Shown here one piece after another: positions 1-12,500 of a stretch of DNA of 64,000 nt. Both the position numbers and the translations under genes were made by a program. Positions within the stretch are counted from its first letter, which is position 1. Every line of letters begins with the position of its first letter. The notes under the pieces were generated by a model. The model was not told the origin of the DNA, did no database searches, and saw only the letters and a list, made by a program, of their open reading frames with translations. Origin of the DNA: Cenococcum geophilum. Its lineage: Eukaryota. The stretch lies in contig CP158636.1 of NCBI GenBank assembly GCA_050273025.1, forward strand, positions 7,750,001 through 7,814,000, read 5' to 3'.

Positions 1-738
1 GGGCTACCTAAAGTAAGTATAATTACTATCTAAATTTATAATTAGAATGCTATAACTAATATCTAGAATAATAGCGGCAATACTAAGGTTAGGTAGTAAG
101 TGGGATAGTAGAATATTTCTAGAGGTTTATACTTTTCTTAACTATAATAGTAGATAGTAGCGCTAAGTATTAGCATTTCCCTTATAGTAGTTTAATAGTA
201 AAGCCAATATAAGCCTTAGTCTTTTTAAAGTAGTTTAGTAAAGACCTCTAATATATATAAGGGCTTACTAAAGACTAAGATACTAGATTTACGGTAATAC
301 AGCTATATAGCTATATAATTAGCAAGTAGGCGTTACTTAATTATTTACTTATACTAAGGCCTACGCTTAAAAATAAGCTAGCAGCTTTATATAGTATAAA
401 TTATTTAAGACACCTTTATTTTATAAATTAAAAAATAGGTAAATATAGTTAACGTTTATATTAATAAAGGAAAATTTGTTAGCTTTACTCCGCCTTAAAT
501 CCTAGCGTCGCTTTTAAGTTATTAAAAGCCTAGGCGCGTTAATCTCTTATAGCTTTATTAGCACCTTAGTATTAGCTTAAACGTCCGCCCACTTTAACCT
601 AAATTAAGTAGCTTGCCAGCTTAGTTAATAGATACTACTATACTTGTTAATTATTATAAAGGTAATCTACTCTATAATACTTATAAAGACTTTAAAAACA
701 GTAATTGGTTAAGCAGAGTAGTATAAAAAGCGCGAAAT
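1..738 (+). repeat. Left inverted arm of unit 1 (runs off window start): inverted copy of 3813-4573, containing the last exon of the lipase effector and the first codons of NLR1
   Basis: 1-738 is the reverse complement of 3813-4573 apart from transitions and a 21-bp indel (gggctacctaaagtaag at 1 vs cttactttaggtagccc ending 4573; cgcgaaat at 731-738 vs atttcgcg at 3813-3820). Confidence 0.93.
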
Positions 739-849
739 TAATAGCTTATCTACGCAGCTTACTAGCTATACTAAAGCAACAACTTTATACTAGTATATTA
801 AGCGAGCGTAATAAGTATAAATATAGTCTACTACAGCGTGTAGTAGATG

Positions 850-1000
850 CAATTTCTAAGTAGCCGATTTTTAAAGAACTAATTTTAAAGAACTAATTTC
901 TAAGGAACTGATTTTTAAGAAGCGGATTTCTAAGAAGCGGATTTCTAAGCTAAAGATTTCTAGGTAGAAGATTCCAGGTAGAAGATTTTAAAGCGGTTTA
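850..1000. repeat. Degenerate ~15-bp tandem repeat (gatttctaagaagcg-like) downstream of NLR1
   Basis: Repeated gattt[ct]taag/aag units; a related array lies at 7935-8100. Confidence 0.7.
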
Positions 1001-1134
1001 AATTTAAAGGCAGCTGCGTTTAAAAGTAAAAGTAATTCTAATATAAAAGGAAGCTTTACCGGAATGGAGGTAGGCGGGGAGGTAGTAGAGTTAGCTTAGG
1101 TATGTATACGTTACTAGTAAGAAAGGTAGCTATA

Positions 1135-3828
1135 CTAAAATCCTAAACTAAGTAGTGTATTAAGCAGGCTAAATTTAAAAATAGTAATACGACTAAATGC
1201 ATATCCTAGTATAAAAGTATTACTCTAAATAGCTAAATATATCGCTTAGTAATTAAAAAGAAGCTAAAGTATATTCTCCGTCTTACAAGTTACCTAAATC
1301 TCTTTTATAAATAGTTTCCCTATAGAGCTTACTTAGGGAGAAGTATTAGAGAGAGAACTAATGTCTAACTCTCCTTAATTTGTTTCTAGGTATACTCTAT
1401 TGCTAGAGAACGATAGGCTCTTAATTACGACATCAACCTTAAGCGTCTGCCGCGCCGCTCCCGTGGCCGCGTCCCAGAGCCTGACGGTGCTGTCGCCCGA
1501 TGCCGACGCGACCAGCTTGCCGTCCGGCGAGAAGGCGACGGCGTTGACCCAATGTGAATGGCCCTCGAGCGTCTGCCGCGCCGCTCCCGTGGCCGCGTCC
1601 CAGAGCCTGACGGTGCTGTCGTGCGATGCCGACGCGACCAGCTTGCCGTCCGGCGAGAAGACGACGGCGTTGACCCTATCCGAATGGCCCTCGAGCGTCT
1701 GCCGCGCCGCTCCCGTGGCCGCGTCCCAGAGCCTGACGGTGCTGTCGTCCAATGCCGACGCGACCAGCTTGCCGTCCGGCGAGAAGGCGACGGCGTTGAC
1801 CCAACTCGAATGGCCCTCGAGCGTCTGCCCCGCCGAGCTCCACTCTTTTTGTACTTTTGGTAGTCCAGTAATCCAACAAGCCATCTGCCCTTTAAACTGT
1901 TTCCGAACTAAACTTATCTTTGGTGCGAATACTAGAGCTAAGAAATATATCTAAAGAGGCGCCTTTTTAATTATTGATCTATTATTAAGGGCGAATCGTC
2001 TTATATCGTAAATAAACGCTTTTAAAGAGGGACTTTGGTTAGCCTTAGTAACTAAAAGTTAGTTACAGTGTCTCTATATACTTTAATTGTTATTTACTAG
2101 AACCAAATTCTCTAAGTAAATTATTATAAGTACGCCTTTAGAAGTCTTCCCTATTAAGCTAAGGGCCTTAAACTAGTAGAGTAAGTACCCTTGCAAAAAT
2201 ATATACACCTACCCATTATTAAGAAGTTAGGTTTTACTCTTTTAAAGATATTATACCTAGAAGCGGCATATATACTAAAGCTCTGTAGGTAGGCGCTGCT
2301 TTATTTAATCGCCTTAAATATCCCTTATAAGAGCGCTAGGTGCACGTAGGCTATAAATATCTCTTTTTAGCTTATTAGATATAAGCTGTAGATAGCTATC
2401 GGCTAGTACTACGTATGCCTCTTTCTTGTCCACCTAGAGTTATGGGTCTTAATATCTTTCTTTAGTAAGGAGGAAGTCGCGGAATAAAGGATAAAGTAAG
2501 TAAATGGAATATGCTTGGCTTTTTAGGACCTTTAGAATGGACTAGAGATTATCTAATATTTGCTTTATATCTTGCCTTAGTTTTTTAAGTAGGTTAAAAA
2601 GAGCTTTAGTAGATAGGGGGCTAAAGAGGATTATAATTACTCTAACAATCATTTTAAAAAGATAGAATAGCTCCTCCTTCTCCTCCTAGTTATAGTCTCC
2701 GCTAATTAAAACTAATAGGATCTTAGTATAGATCTAATCGAGCTCTTTTTTTTTAGGTTTCTTTTACTCTTTCTACTCTTAAGAATAATAGATAGTCGCT
2801 TGCTAATAACGCGCTTACTATCCTTAATATAACGATATACTATTATAGCCTAAATAAAAAGTCTATAGGCTTTCTTAACCAGATATCTAATAATCTATGT
2901 ACTTAGCTTAATATCTTTTAATTCTTGCTTAAAGTAGATAGCAATGTCGTAATTAATTATTTCCTAAAGAACATTGTTTAGAACTATATCCCGATGCAGA
3001 ATACTAGCTATATTGTAGAAGCCGAGGTGAATTGGAGTTTCTAGTCTACTTATTAGAAATATTCGCAACTAGATTAGGCTAAACGATTCCGTCTTTATAA
3101 AGAGTTAAAGAATTCCTTAGATATCTCTATCGCTGTCATACTCGTCTAGTGTATCGATAATAAGGACTAACGGCAATTAACTTAAAGTAATAATCCCCAG
3201 AGAGAGCGGCTAAAGGACAAGATATTTCCATTAATCGCGTAGGCTCTAGTTAGCAATATTGCTATATTTGGCTATCGTGGTATAGATATAATCTTTAAGC
3301 ATGGATAATATGCGCGCTAGCTATATAGTAATAGTAGTAAAGAACTTGCTAGCGTGGCTTTGATCCTCTATACCTTTAAAGAAGAAAAAACTTACTCTAA
3401 GGCGTTTTTTGTCATAGTATTCGCGGGCGATAGTGTGGGTAATAGTGGACTTCTTAATACCGGCCATACCGTTTAGCTAGAAGATGTACCTTTTATTACT
3501 ACTATTAGCCTATGTCCTAATTTGGTCGAGAATGTCAAGTTGGGTATTTTAGAGGCAGAGAGGATTATACTGCTTATTAAAAGAGTTGAAGGCTGCCTAG
3601 GGAGTATATAGTAGGAGTTTAAATAGATATAAATTATTCTCTAGGCGTCTGCGGCTCCTAAATCTTATATTAGAAACGACTTAAGTATAGGGTACGCTAT
3701 CTAACTAACTAAAAGATTATATCCCTATAAATATTCTGCTCTCCCGCTTGGTTTAAGACGTAGTCTTTATTTTTAAATATGTTTCGTAACTATCTGCCTA
3801 AGGAAGGCGTGGATTTCGCGTTTCCTAT
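1135..3828 (-). pseudogene. NLR1: RIP-inactivated NACHT-WD40 (HET-E/NWD-like) receptor with a short amyloid-like N-terminus
   Basis: Minus strand reads IF*LNGMAGIKKSTI (P-loop, de-RIP IFWLNGMAGTGKSTIA, ~3440-3490) and PLVLIIDTLDE (Walker B, ~3141-3173). WD40 ORF at 1375-1884. Intron 3709-3658 (gttagt...ctaat...ttag). Start codon inferred as ATA<ATG at 3828. Many TAA/TAG stops. Confidence 0.92.
1440..1830 (-). repeat. About 3 near-identical 126-bp WD40 repeats (high internal conservation type)
   Basis: LEGHSxxVNAVAFSPDGKLVASASxDSTVRLWDAATGAARQT repeated; open frame; GC-rich. Confidence 0.97.
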
Positions 3829-4573
3829 ATTGCTCTGCTTAACCAATCGCTGTTCTTAGAGTCTTTATAGGTATTATAGAGCAGATTACCTTTATAATAA
3901 TTAACGAGCGTAGTAATATCTATTAACTAAGCTAGTAAGCTACTTAATTTAGGTTAAAGTAGGCGGACGTTTAAGCTAATACTAAGGTGCTAATAAAACT
4001 ATAAGAGATTAACGCGCCCGGGCTTTTAATAACTTAAAAGCGATACTAGAATCCGAGGCGGAGTAAAGCTAATAAATTTTCCTCTATTAATGTCAACGTT
4101 AACTATATTCGCCTATTTTTTTTTATTTATAAAATAAAGGCGTCTTAAATAATTTATACTATATAAAGTTATTAGCTTATTTTTAAGCGCAGGCCTTAGT
4201 ATAAATAAATAATTAAGTAACGCCTACTTGCTAATTATATAGCTATATAGCTATATCGCCATAGATCTAGTATTTTAGTCTCTAGTAAGCCCTTATATAT
4301 ATTAGAGGTCTTTACTAAACTACTTTAGAAAGACTAAGGCTTATATTAGCTTTATTATTAAACTACTATAAGGAAAATACTAACACTTAGCGTTACTATC
4401 TACTATTATAGTTAAGAAAAGTATAGACCTTTAGAAATATTTTACTATTCTACTTACTACCTAACCTTAGTATTGCCCCTATTATTCTAGATGTTAGTTA
4501 TAGCATTCTAATTATAAATTTAGCATTTATTAATCTAAATTTAGATAGTAATTATACTTACTTTAGGTAGCCC
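3813..4573 (-). repeat. Visible part of the right inverted arm of unit 1 (mate of 1-738)
   Basis: Direct reverse-complement match to 1-738. Confidence 0.92.
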
Positions 4574-5601
4574 TTTTACGGTCTCCTTCTTTATAAATTT
4601 CTTAATAGCGGCTAATACGCTTTTATATCCCTTATCATTTTTACTTATAAACTTATATATATTTAAGTAATTTGCGTAAATAGATACCTAATTACCGTAA
4701 CTAATTATCTTTACGTTACTTTCCGGTACTACCTATAACTCTTAGCATAATATCTTAATAAAAGGCTAAGCTAGAAATACTAGGATGCTATAAATTATTA
4801 GTGTTTTATAAAAGAAGTAGACTCTTAATTCTTTGCTATTTAAAAGGCGTTAGCGTAGTCTGCTAGTAAATACTTCTACTAGAATTTTAAGCCTTTTAAA
4901 CCTCTCCTTAAGATCGCGGATCTTTTTTATATTTATACTATAAAAAACCTAAATAACTCTTTAAAGGATCTCTATATATTTTATAAAAGGTAATCTATAA
5001 AATAGCGTTCCTAAAAATATAATTTCTTAGGTATTGTTTATAATTATAGACAAGTTATTAGTAGATACTCTAAATACTCCTTTAATAATCGCCTAGTTAA
5101 GTATTAGTAAAAGGTAAAAAGGGTAGTACTTTAATAATAGACTTACTTGTGTACACACTAAGCCGCTAAGACTGTGTATAATAAATATAATAGGCTATTT
5201 AAACTTTAGTTTAACTTATTAAGAATTTATAGAGAATTTAGGGCTATAAAATATACTAAACCTATAAATAGAGTCCCTAACCATAATCCGGCTAGCCTAT
5301 TATAGATATTAGTAGTATATATCTCTATTATACTCTAAGTAACTTTATTATTTAAATTAATAACGGCTACTTTATACCTAAATATAATTATATAAGCACT
5401 TAAAATATTAGTAGGTAGTAGCTCCTAGGGCTATAGAATAGAGTCCTTAGTTTAAGTTGCTCTTTAATATCTAGAGAGTCTATAGATAAATATAATATTA
5501 AATAGATCTAGTTATTTACCTTTATTTAACTATAACTAAGGGACTTACTTAACTTTAGCGTCTTTAGGATTATAAAACTCGTCCAAGATATAGGTAGCCA
5601 T
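4412..5601 (-). pseudogene. SesB-like alpha/beta-hydrolase (lipase) effector with C-terminal amyloid-like motif, RIP-inactivated
   Basis: ATG at 5601 (MATYILDEFYNPKDAKV, then gtaagt intron). NIIFIYRL (=DIVFVHGL), PIIFIIHSLSGLVC (=HSLGG nucleophile elbow, ~5150-5195), IIFLGTLFYR (=IIFLGTPFHG), ANYLNIYKF (=ANHxxMCKF). Last exon 4507-4412 ends in TAA. Confidence 0.85.
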
Positions 5602-5995
5602 TTAGATACTAGATAATACTCTTTTTAAAGTATATTAAAGTTCTTTAAAGAGAATTTGTTCTTTATATAATTCCATAAATAAAAGTTTTAAAAGTTATCT
5701 TATATTTACGTTGGGAATATAGTAGATAGGATTTTTTAGCTATATAAAAGATTGCTACCTAGCGCACGTAACTCTTAACTTTTATAATTATACTTAAAGT
5801 GGAAGAAAGCTGAAACTAGAAGAGACCTAGTAACAACTTTATAGCGTAAAAATACTTATTCCTTCCTATTTAGTTCTACTATTAAAATTAATTATAGGTT
5901 ATATGGATGGCATAAATGTCTACTTAGTATAGCTACATTTTTACTACTATATTAAAGTCGCGAATATATAACTCTGCTATTAATTCCCTAATAAG

Positions 5996-6272
5996 AGCTA
6001 GAGCTAAAATAGGAAAGGATTAGATTATATGTTCTAGGAGTAGAGTATATAACATTATGCTATAAGATTTAGCGCTATATAGCTAAGGATAAAAAGTTAT
6101 AAGTTTAATTAAGATACCTATTTCTATATATATTTAAAGCTTATAAAAAGAACACGTTAACGATAATAAGGCTAGTTTAGGTGCTATAATTAGGCACCCA
6201 ATACTTAACCAAATTTGGTTAGGTAGAAAGAAGAAGCCTAGTTAATAGTAAGATAAAATTTCTAGCAGCTAT
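5996..6272 (+). repeat. Dispersed ~280-bp repeat X, copy 1
   Basis: Direct-orientation similarity to 29519-29805 (shared tatatttaaagc...aaaaagaacacgtta and flanks). Confidence 0.8.
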
Positions 6273-6429
6273 ATATAAGGGGGAAGTTACCTTTAAAGCT
6301 AGATATATATATCTATAGGTTGTAGAATATAGTAGTAATATATATTAAAATATACTTAGTACTCGCTCTATAGTATTATAGAGTATAAGTTACTAATCTT
6401 AGTTTATTATGCGCGGCATATTTCCGGCA

Positions 6430-6509
6430 CTAGTAGGGAGGACGGCTGACCCGCTTTGGCTATACCCTTAAGGGTATAGCTAGTGCGGGTCAGCTACCCT
6501 CCCTATTAG
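6430..6509. repeat. Imperfect palindrome formed by two abutting related termini (...ggctataccctt|aagggtatagct...)
   Basis: ctagtagggaggacggctgacccgctttggctataccctt vs reverse complement of the right arm ctaatagggagggtagctgacccgcactagctataccctt; centre 6469/6470. Confidence 0.85.
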
Positions 6510-7541
6510 CTCCCGCAAGATATACGGAATAAGAACCTTAAAATACTATAGTATTATACTACTTAGTACTTAACTAGGGGCGATTATAAGGGACTAGAAA
6601 TAATTTGCGCTCTATTAACGGTATAACTTTAGTAAAAATAAGTAGGCATTACTGCCTAAGAGCTGTTTATTAAGAGAGATCGCTTAACTATACGCATATA
6701 TATATGCACCTACTAATAACATAATAGAGTGTAGGTCCTTAGTAGGGCATAGTAAGTAGCGTTAAAGGAAAGGCAGCTAAGAGCACTTTACCTATAACTT
6801 ACTGTACGCTTTCTTTACGCTAGCTAGTATCCTTTTTACTATAATAAGGTTGTTATAGCGTTAGGCTTTATAACAAGTTATAGATATATACCGCAATCCG
6901 TAAAATTATACGTTTAGCGGCGAATTCCTTAGCTATAGCGGCCATATTTTAGCTAGCAATAGTTTTAAAATAGGTGGAGATAATATATACTTTATAAGTT
7001 TAGGTACCGTAAGTAGTTAAGCTAGCTTCTACTATATTACGTTAAGATTAACTTTTAGTGCCTATAATAGCTATAGACGGCGATGCTAGTAATTAATACT
7101 TAAGCGCCTAGCGTTTAACCAACTTATAGGAGAATAAGGACCGAATCTTAAGTAACAAAGATCCTTTACTTAAAGGCTTATATATATAGATCCTCCGCGA
7201 TTAAGCCTTTACGTAATAGTAGAATAATAATAAATCCCGTATTTTATAGATATATAGTAATCTAGGTAAGGGTAAGATAATAATAATAATAGCTCTTATT
7301 AATAAGATATTATAATAGCTCTAGTTAAGCCCCGGATTAGGGGTCTTATTATACTTCTTTTACTAAAATATAATCTAAAATCTAAGTAGCGCTGCTGTAA
7401 TTATCTAAGGGCTTATCTACCTTTTAGCTGTATAAAACCCAGAGTTAACCAGCTATCTGCGGAAAAAGTATAATAAAGCCGGCAGTCACTTATTTGATAG
7501 TATTAATGCACTTTACGGCCTTTAAAAAACGCTCTTAAAGA
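6470..7541 (+). repeat. Left 1072-bp inverted arm of unit 2, containing upstream region and truncated 5' copy of NLR2 (N-terminal motif, intron, P-loop)
   Basis: Reverse complement of 19446-20517 with identical length; encodes ILWIHGDPGKGKT (de-RIP, ~7241-7280). Confidence 0.93.
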
Positions 7542-7934
7542 CTATATCTGTCACTTGCATAAACAGCTCTTCGGCATTTTACTACGCCGCCTATATTTTA
7601 TTTTGGGCGCTTTGCCGTATTTAGGTAGATCTTGCTTACCCTTTTTAAAGATTTAAATAAAGAATTTGCTTTGGCTTTAAGTATTTACTAGCTAATAATA
7701 AGATTTTCCTAGTAAAGTAAGAGCTAAAATTATAACCCTAATTAGCGTATTACGGAGACTACTAAGGGTATCTAGCTGGGGAAGAGGGCTATACTAATAA
7801 GTAGTGAGGCGGGCCTCGCACTCTAAAAGGTAGAAAGGCTTTAAGAAACTATGCTAGAAAATGTATAAATTTAAATATATAGGTATATAGTTAACTGGCT
7901 TAAGCTAATAGATATATAGGCTACTAATTAACTA

Positions 7935-8100
7935 ATCCTTTTAAAAGCAGTATTAATTTCTAAGCGGAGTTAATTTCTAAGCAGAGTTAATTTTAAAGCA
8001 AAATTGATTTTAAAGTAGAATTAATTTTAAACTAATGACGTTTCTAAGCAGAATGCATTTTAAAACTAAGTACGTTCCTAGGCAGAGTTATTTTAGAAAA
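7935..8100. repeat. Degenerate ~18-bp tandem repeat (ttaatttctaagcagag-like) downstream of NLR2
   Basis: Repeated aattt[ct]taag/aag units followed by ggatgggaggcaggtagggagg, paralleling 850-1085. Confidence 0.7.
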
Positions 8101-8394
8101 TTCTATTAGTAAGTATATAAGAAAACTAGATGGATGGGAGGCAGGTAGGGAGGAGGTTAAAAAATAACCTTACTTAAATTTAAAGAATAAAACACCTCCT
8201 AATAAGTGTCCTAAGATAAGAACGCCCTTTTAGACGGCTGTATAAGTCCTATAATAATTAAGAGGAAGCTAAAGGATAGCCTCCCCCTCCCTAACTACCC
8301 AGTTATTCTCTATAAAGAGGATATCTAAATAATTAGAAGAATGAGAAACAGCACTAAAGAGAGAGCGAATATCTAATACTCCACTATTTGTCTC

Positions 8395-8850
8395 GACTAG
8401 CTGGCCGTCCGGCAAGAATGCGACCGAGCTGACCGAACTCGAATGGCCGTCGAGCGTGCCGCGCGCCGCTCCCGTCGCGGCGTCCCAGAGCCTGACCGTC
8501 TTGTCGCCCGACCCTAATGCGACCAGCTAGCCGTCCGGCGAGAATGTGACCGAGCTAACCTAACTCGAATGGCCGTCGAGCGTGCCGTGCGCCGCTCCCG
8601 TCGCGGCGTCCTAGAGCCTAACCGTGTTGTCGCCCGACCTCGACACGACTAGCTGGCCGTCCGGCGAGAATGTGACCGAGCTGACCCAACTCGAATGGCC
8701 GTCAAGCGTGCCGCGCGCCGCTCCCGTCGCGGCGTCCCAGAGCCTAACCGTGTTGTCGTTTGACCCCGACGCGACTAGCTGGCCGTCCGGCGAGAATACG
8801 ACCGAGTAAACCGAACTCAAATGGCCCTTAAGCGTGCCGCGTGCCGAGTT
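8395..8850 (-). repeat. About 3.5 near-identical 126-bp WD40 repeats of NLR2 (a few RIP stops)
   Basis: LDGHSSWVSSVTFSPDGQLVxSxSxDNTVRLWDAATGAARGT units. Confidence 0.95.
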
Positions 8851-9185
8851 CTAGGTTTCTTCTATATATAGGACACGTTTAATTAGCGGATATCTGTAAT
8901 TCCAGAACTATTACCTAATTTCGCTCTTTAGTGGACTAAATATAAGAGTAGCGCTATACGTCTATAGAGGAGCCTTTCTAATTATTGATCCAAAATGGAG
9001 AATAAAGCGTTTTATATTATAAATCATCGCTAGTAAAAGCGAATTTATATTATACTTCTATTTTGCTATATTAGCTATTAGCACTATAGGTTAGTAGAAT
9101 TAATTACTTACTATAAACATTTCCTTTAACAGTCTTACTATAATAGCCCTATTAGAGATCTTCCTTATTAAACTAAGAGCTTTAA

Positions 9186-9503
9186 TATAACGGAACCCCC
9201 TAAGAGGTATATATCCAATAAAACGGTAGGAGGTTTTATCTATATCCTATCTATATCCCAGAAGACATAGTTAGACAGGTTAGGGGTAAAAGGTTTTACT
9301 AGCGTCTTAGAAGGAATATATAGGAAGCTAGTTCCCCTCTAAAGAAGAACTAGCAATTAGTCTCTAAATAGAAGAGGTTAGAAAGCATTTATCCTTTATT
9401 TATAAGGATCGTTCTACCTTAACTTATCTTCTACTTACCTATAACTCTTATTCTATACTATTAATTAAATAATTATACATTCCGGTTAAACTGGCCTCTT
9501 ATA
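9186..9503 (+). repeat. 5' LTR of Gypsy A
   Basis: tataacggaacccc...cctcttata; matches 18132-18449. Confidence 0.95.
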
Positions 9504-12500
9504 ATTCTAATCACTCTTAATCCTTTATAAAAGGAATATACGGCTATTAATTAATGATAACGAGCTATACCTCCTTACCCCCTAAAACAACGCCCCTACC
9601 GCAAGAGGCTTAAAGAGTCTTCCCAAAGGAGCGCATTCCCTCTTCCTATAAAGAAGCTACGGCTAGTCCGTCTAACCTTACAAGACCCTTAAAAACGATT
9701 ACCGCTAGGGAGTTATTAGAGCGGTCGCTACGCGAGACCCTATAAAAAACAAAGGAGTTAGAGATATAATTAAGACAAGTATATTAAAACTACTAAGAAC
9801 AATTGCAAGGACAATTAGGGAAAGTATGGACACCCTAGACACGAAGCGGACTTAAAAAGTCTCTAGAACTGCAATCGTTTTATCCGTTAATATAAAACTA
9901 AGTTTTAGCTAGATCCGAAACATTACTCTAATAAGTATAATTAGACACTAATTGCTTCTACCTTCCTATATAGCACCTTTAAGAGTTTATAGATACGCTA
10001 TAAGAAGAAACTTACTACACCCCTTAAATTTAGCGAACTTAAGTCCTAGTTAGTTAATTAGGTTTAAGACCCTACTAATTAAGGAATAGATTATAACCAG
10101 TAATACTATAACGCCAAATAGCAAGAAGGCTAGAGTGTAGTCCAGTTTATAAACTACTTAGAAGAACTAGAAGATAATATACCCTACTTAAACCTATAGG
10201 ATAACACTATATAACTTTACTAGCTACTTACTAAGTTATAACCTAAGATTTAATAGGCTATATAGGAGAAGGGCAAAATTCCTACCTTTTAAGAAAAGCT
10301 TATCTCTAAAGCTACTTGGATTAATAATGCTAAAAGAGATTATCTAGGCAAGTAAAAGGAATAAGACACTAATAATAAAAAGCGTAGGACTAGACCTAGC
10401 TTTAATAATAGGGGTAGATTCTAACCTAACTACTCTATAAAAAAATAATATAAGTAGGCTTTAAAGCCCCAGAGTAACGCTAGTCAGCCCTAAAATAATA
10501 ATAGGTAAAAACCTAATCCGAATAAGTAGAATTAAGAGTTATGCGTTTATTATAACTATGGCAAAAAGGGCTATATAAAGCGCTTCTACCAGCAAAAAAA
10601 TAAGAGTTAGATTAATTAGAAAAAAAGAGAGCCTAGTAAATCTTTACTCCCTTATACTAGGCTAGTAAGAGAAGGAGGGAGTAAGCTACCGTATAGTTAT
10701 TCCTATCTCTATTTAAGTTAATAATAAATAGGTAACGTAAGACTGCCTTATAGATAGCGGCGCGACTATAAAGTTTATTTCTTAATTACTAGTAAAAGAA
10801 TTAGATTTGGACCTTAGCGGCTTATAGGTGCGCACCGTTTAAAGCATTAAAGGCTACTAGATTCCATACTATAGGGAATAGGCTTTTTCCGTGGCCAGCT
10901 AAAACCGCAATAGTCTATAAAACACGCAGAAGATACGCTTCTATGCTGTAGAAATTAAGGGGTACGACCTTATTTTAAAATACCTATAGCTTCGCCAAGT
11001 TAATCTAGACATTAATTGGCCTTCAGCCTTATATTAACATTAGAAGTCTTAACCGCGCATTATAGTTAAATATTAAAAGACTTTCTTAAACCATATATAA
11101 GAAGAAGGGTGGGCATATACTATATATACCACTCTTAATACTAAGAACGGGGACATAGGATATTTATTTTCGGATATCTGGCTATACGCAGTTAAGGAAC
11201 TAGAGATTTTATAGAAATATATAAACTTAGAGAATATTTCTAGTAAAGAGGCTATATAAACCTTACCTAACCCTATATTAGTTAAGTATGAGATAAATAT
11301 AGGGGATAAATAACCTCCTTTTAGACCACTATATAACCTATTAGAAAATAAGCTAGCAGTACTACGTTAATATATAGTGGACCATCTTTAGAGAAAATAG
11401 ATTTAGCCCTCTACAAGCCTAGTAGGAGTATTAATTATATTTATACCTAAGAAGGATAAAACCCTTCGCCTCTATATTAACTATTAGGCGCTAAACAAGA
11501 TTACTATAAAGAATTACTATCTGTTACCCTTAATAGGGGGGCTTATTAATAGACTGTTAGGCGTAAAAATATTTATAAAATTAGATCTAAAAGATATATA
11601 CCATTAAATCCGGATTAAAGCCGGTGATAAGTAGAAAACGGCGTTCTAAACATAATACGGCCACTTTAAGTACCTAGTAATGCTATTTAGGCTCACTAAC
11701 ACACTAGTAATATTTTAGGCCTATATTAATAAGGCATTATTAGGCCTATTAGACATAATATATATAGTCTACCTTAATAATATTATAGTTTACTTTAATA
11801 ACTATAAAGTATATACACACTATGTATAAATAGTACTAAAAAGACTACGGGAATATAAGCTCTATATAAACCTGAAAAAGTATACGTTCTATACTACTAG
11901 CATTAATTTTTTAGGTTTTATCGTTAGCGTTAATAAAGTGTTAATAGAGAAAAGTCGGGTGGACGCTATTAGGGAATAGCCCTACCCTACAATATTTAAA
12001 GAAGTGCAGGTTTTTTTAGGCACGGCGAACTTCTACTAAACGTTTATTGTTTACTATTTATAAGTAATACTTCTAATTACCAATCTACTAAAAGGATCTA
12101 AGAATAGCAAGAAGTTAGGACCCCTTATATTTAGGGAAGCTACTAAGTAGGCTATAAACCGGTTAAAGGATTTGTTTATATTAGCGCCTATTCTAATATA
12201 CTTCTACTAGGAGCTATATATATACCTTAAAACAGATATATCCGGCTTTGCCCTAAGGGTAATTATATCTTAATTAAAAGACGGAGAATAGCATCCTATG
12301 GTGTTTTAGTTAAGGAAAATAACCCCTATAGAATAGTGTTATATAACGTATAATTAGGAGTTACTTACGATAGTTACAGCAATAAAGTACTGGTGATATT
12401 ATTATATAGGAAGCAATTACCTTATTAAAGTCCTTATAGACTATAACAACTTAGAATACTTTATAACTATAAAGGTATTAAGCAGTTAATAAGCTAAATA

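Noticed and set aside
1400..1954. Plus-strand and alternate-frame ORFs over the WD40 repeats (also 8624-8809)
   Set aside because: Shadow frames of the GC-rich WD40 coding repeats.
1135..5601. Single SesB-NACHT-WD40 fusion gene
   Set aside because: The lipase ends at a stop present in both copies, followed by ~580 bp of apparently non-coding DNA and a separate NLR exon 1; two genes fit better.
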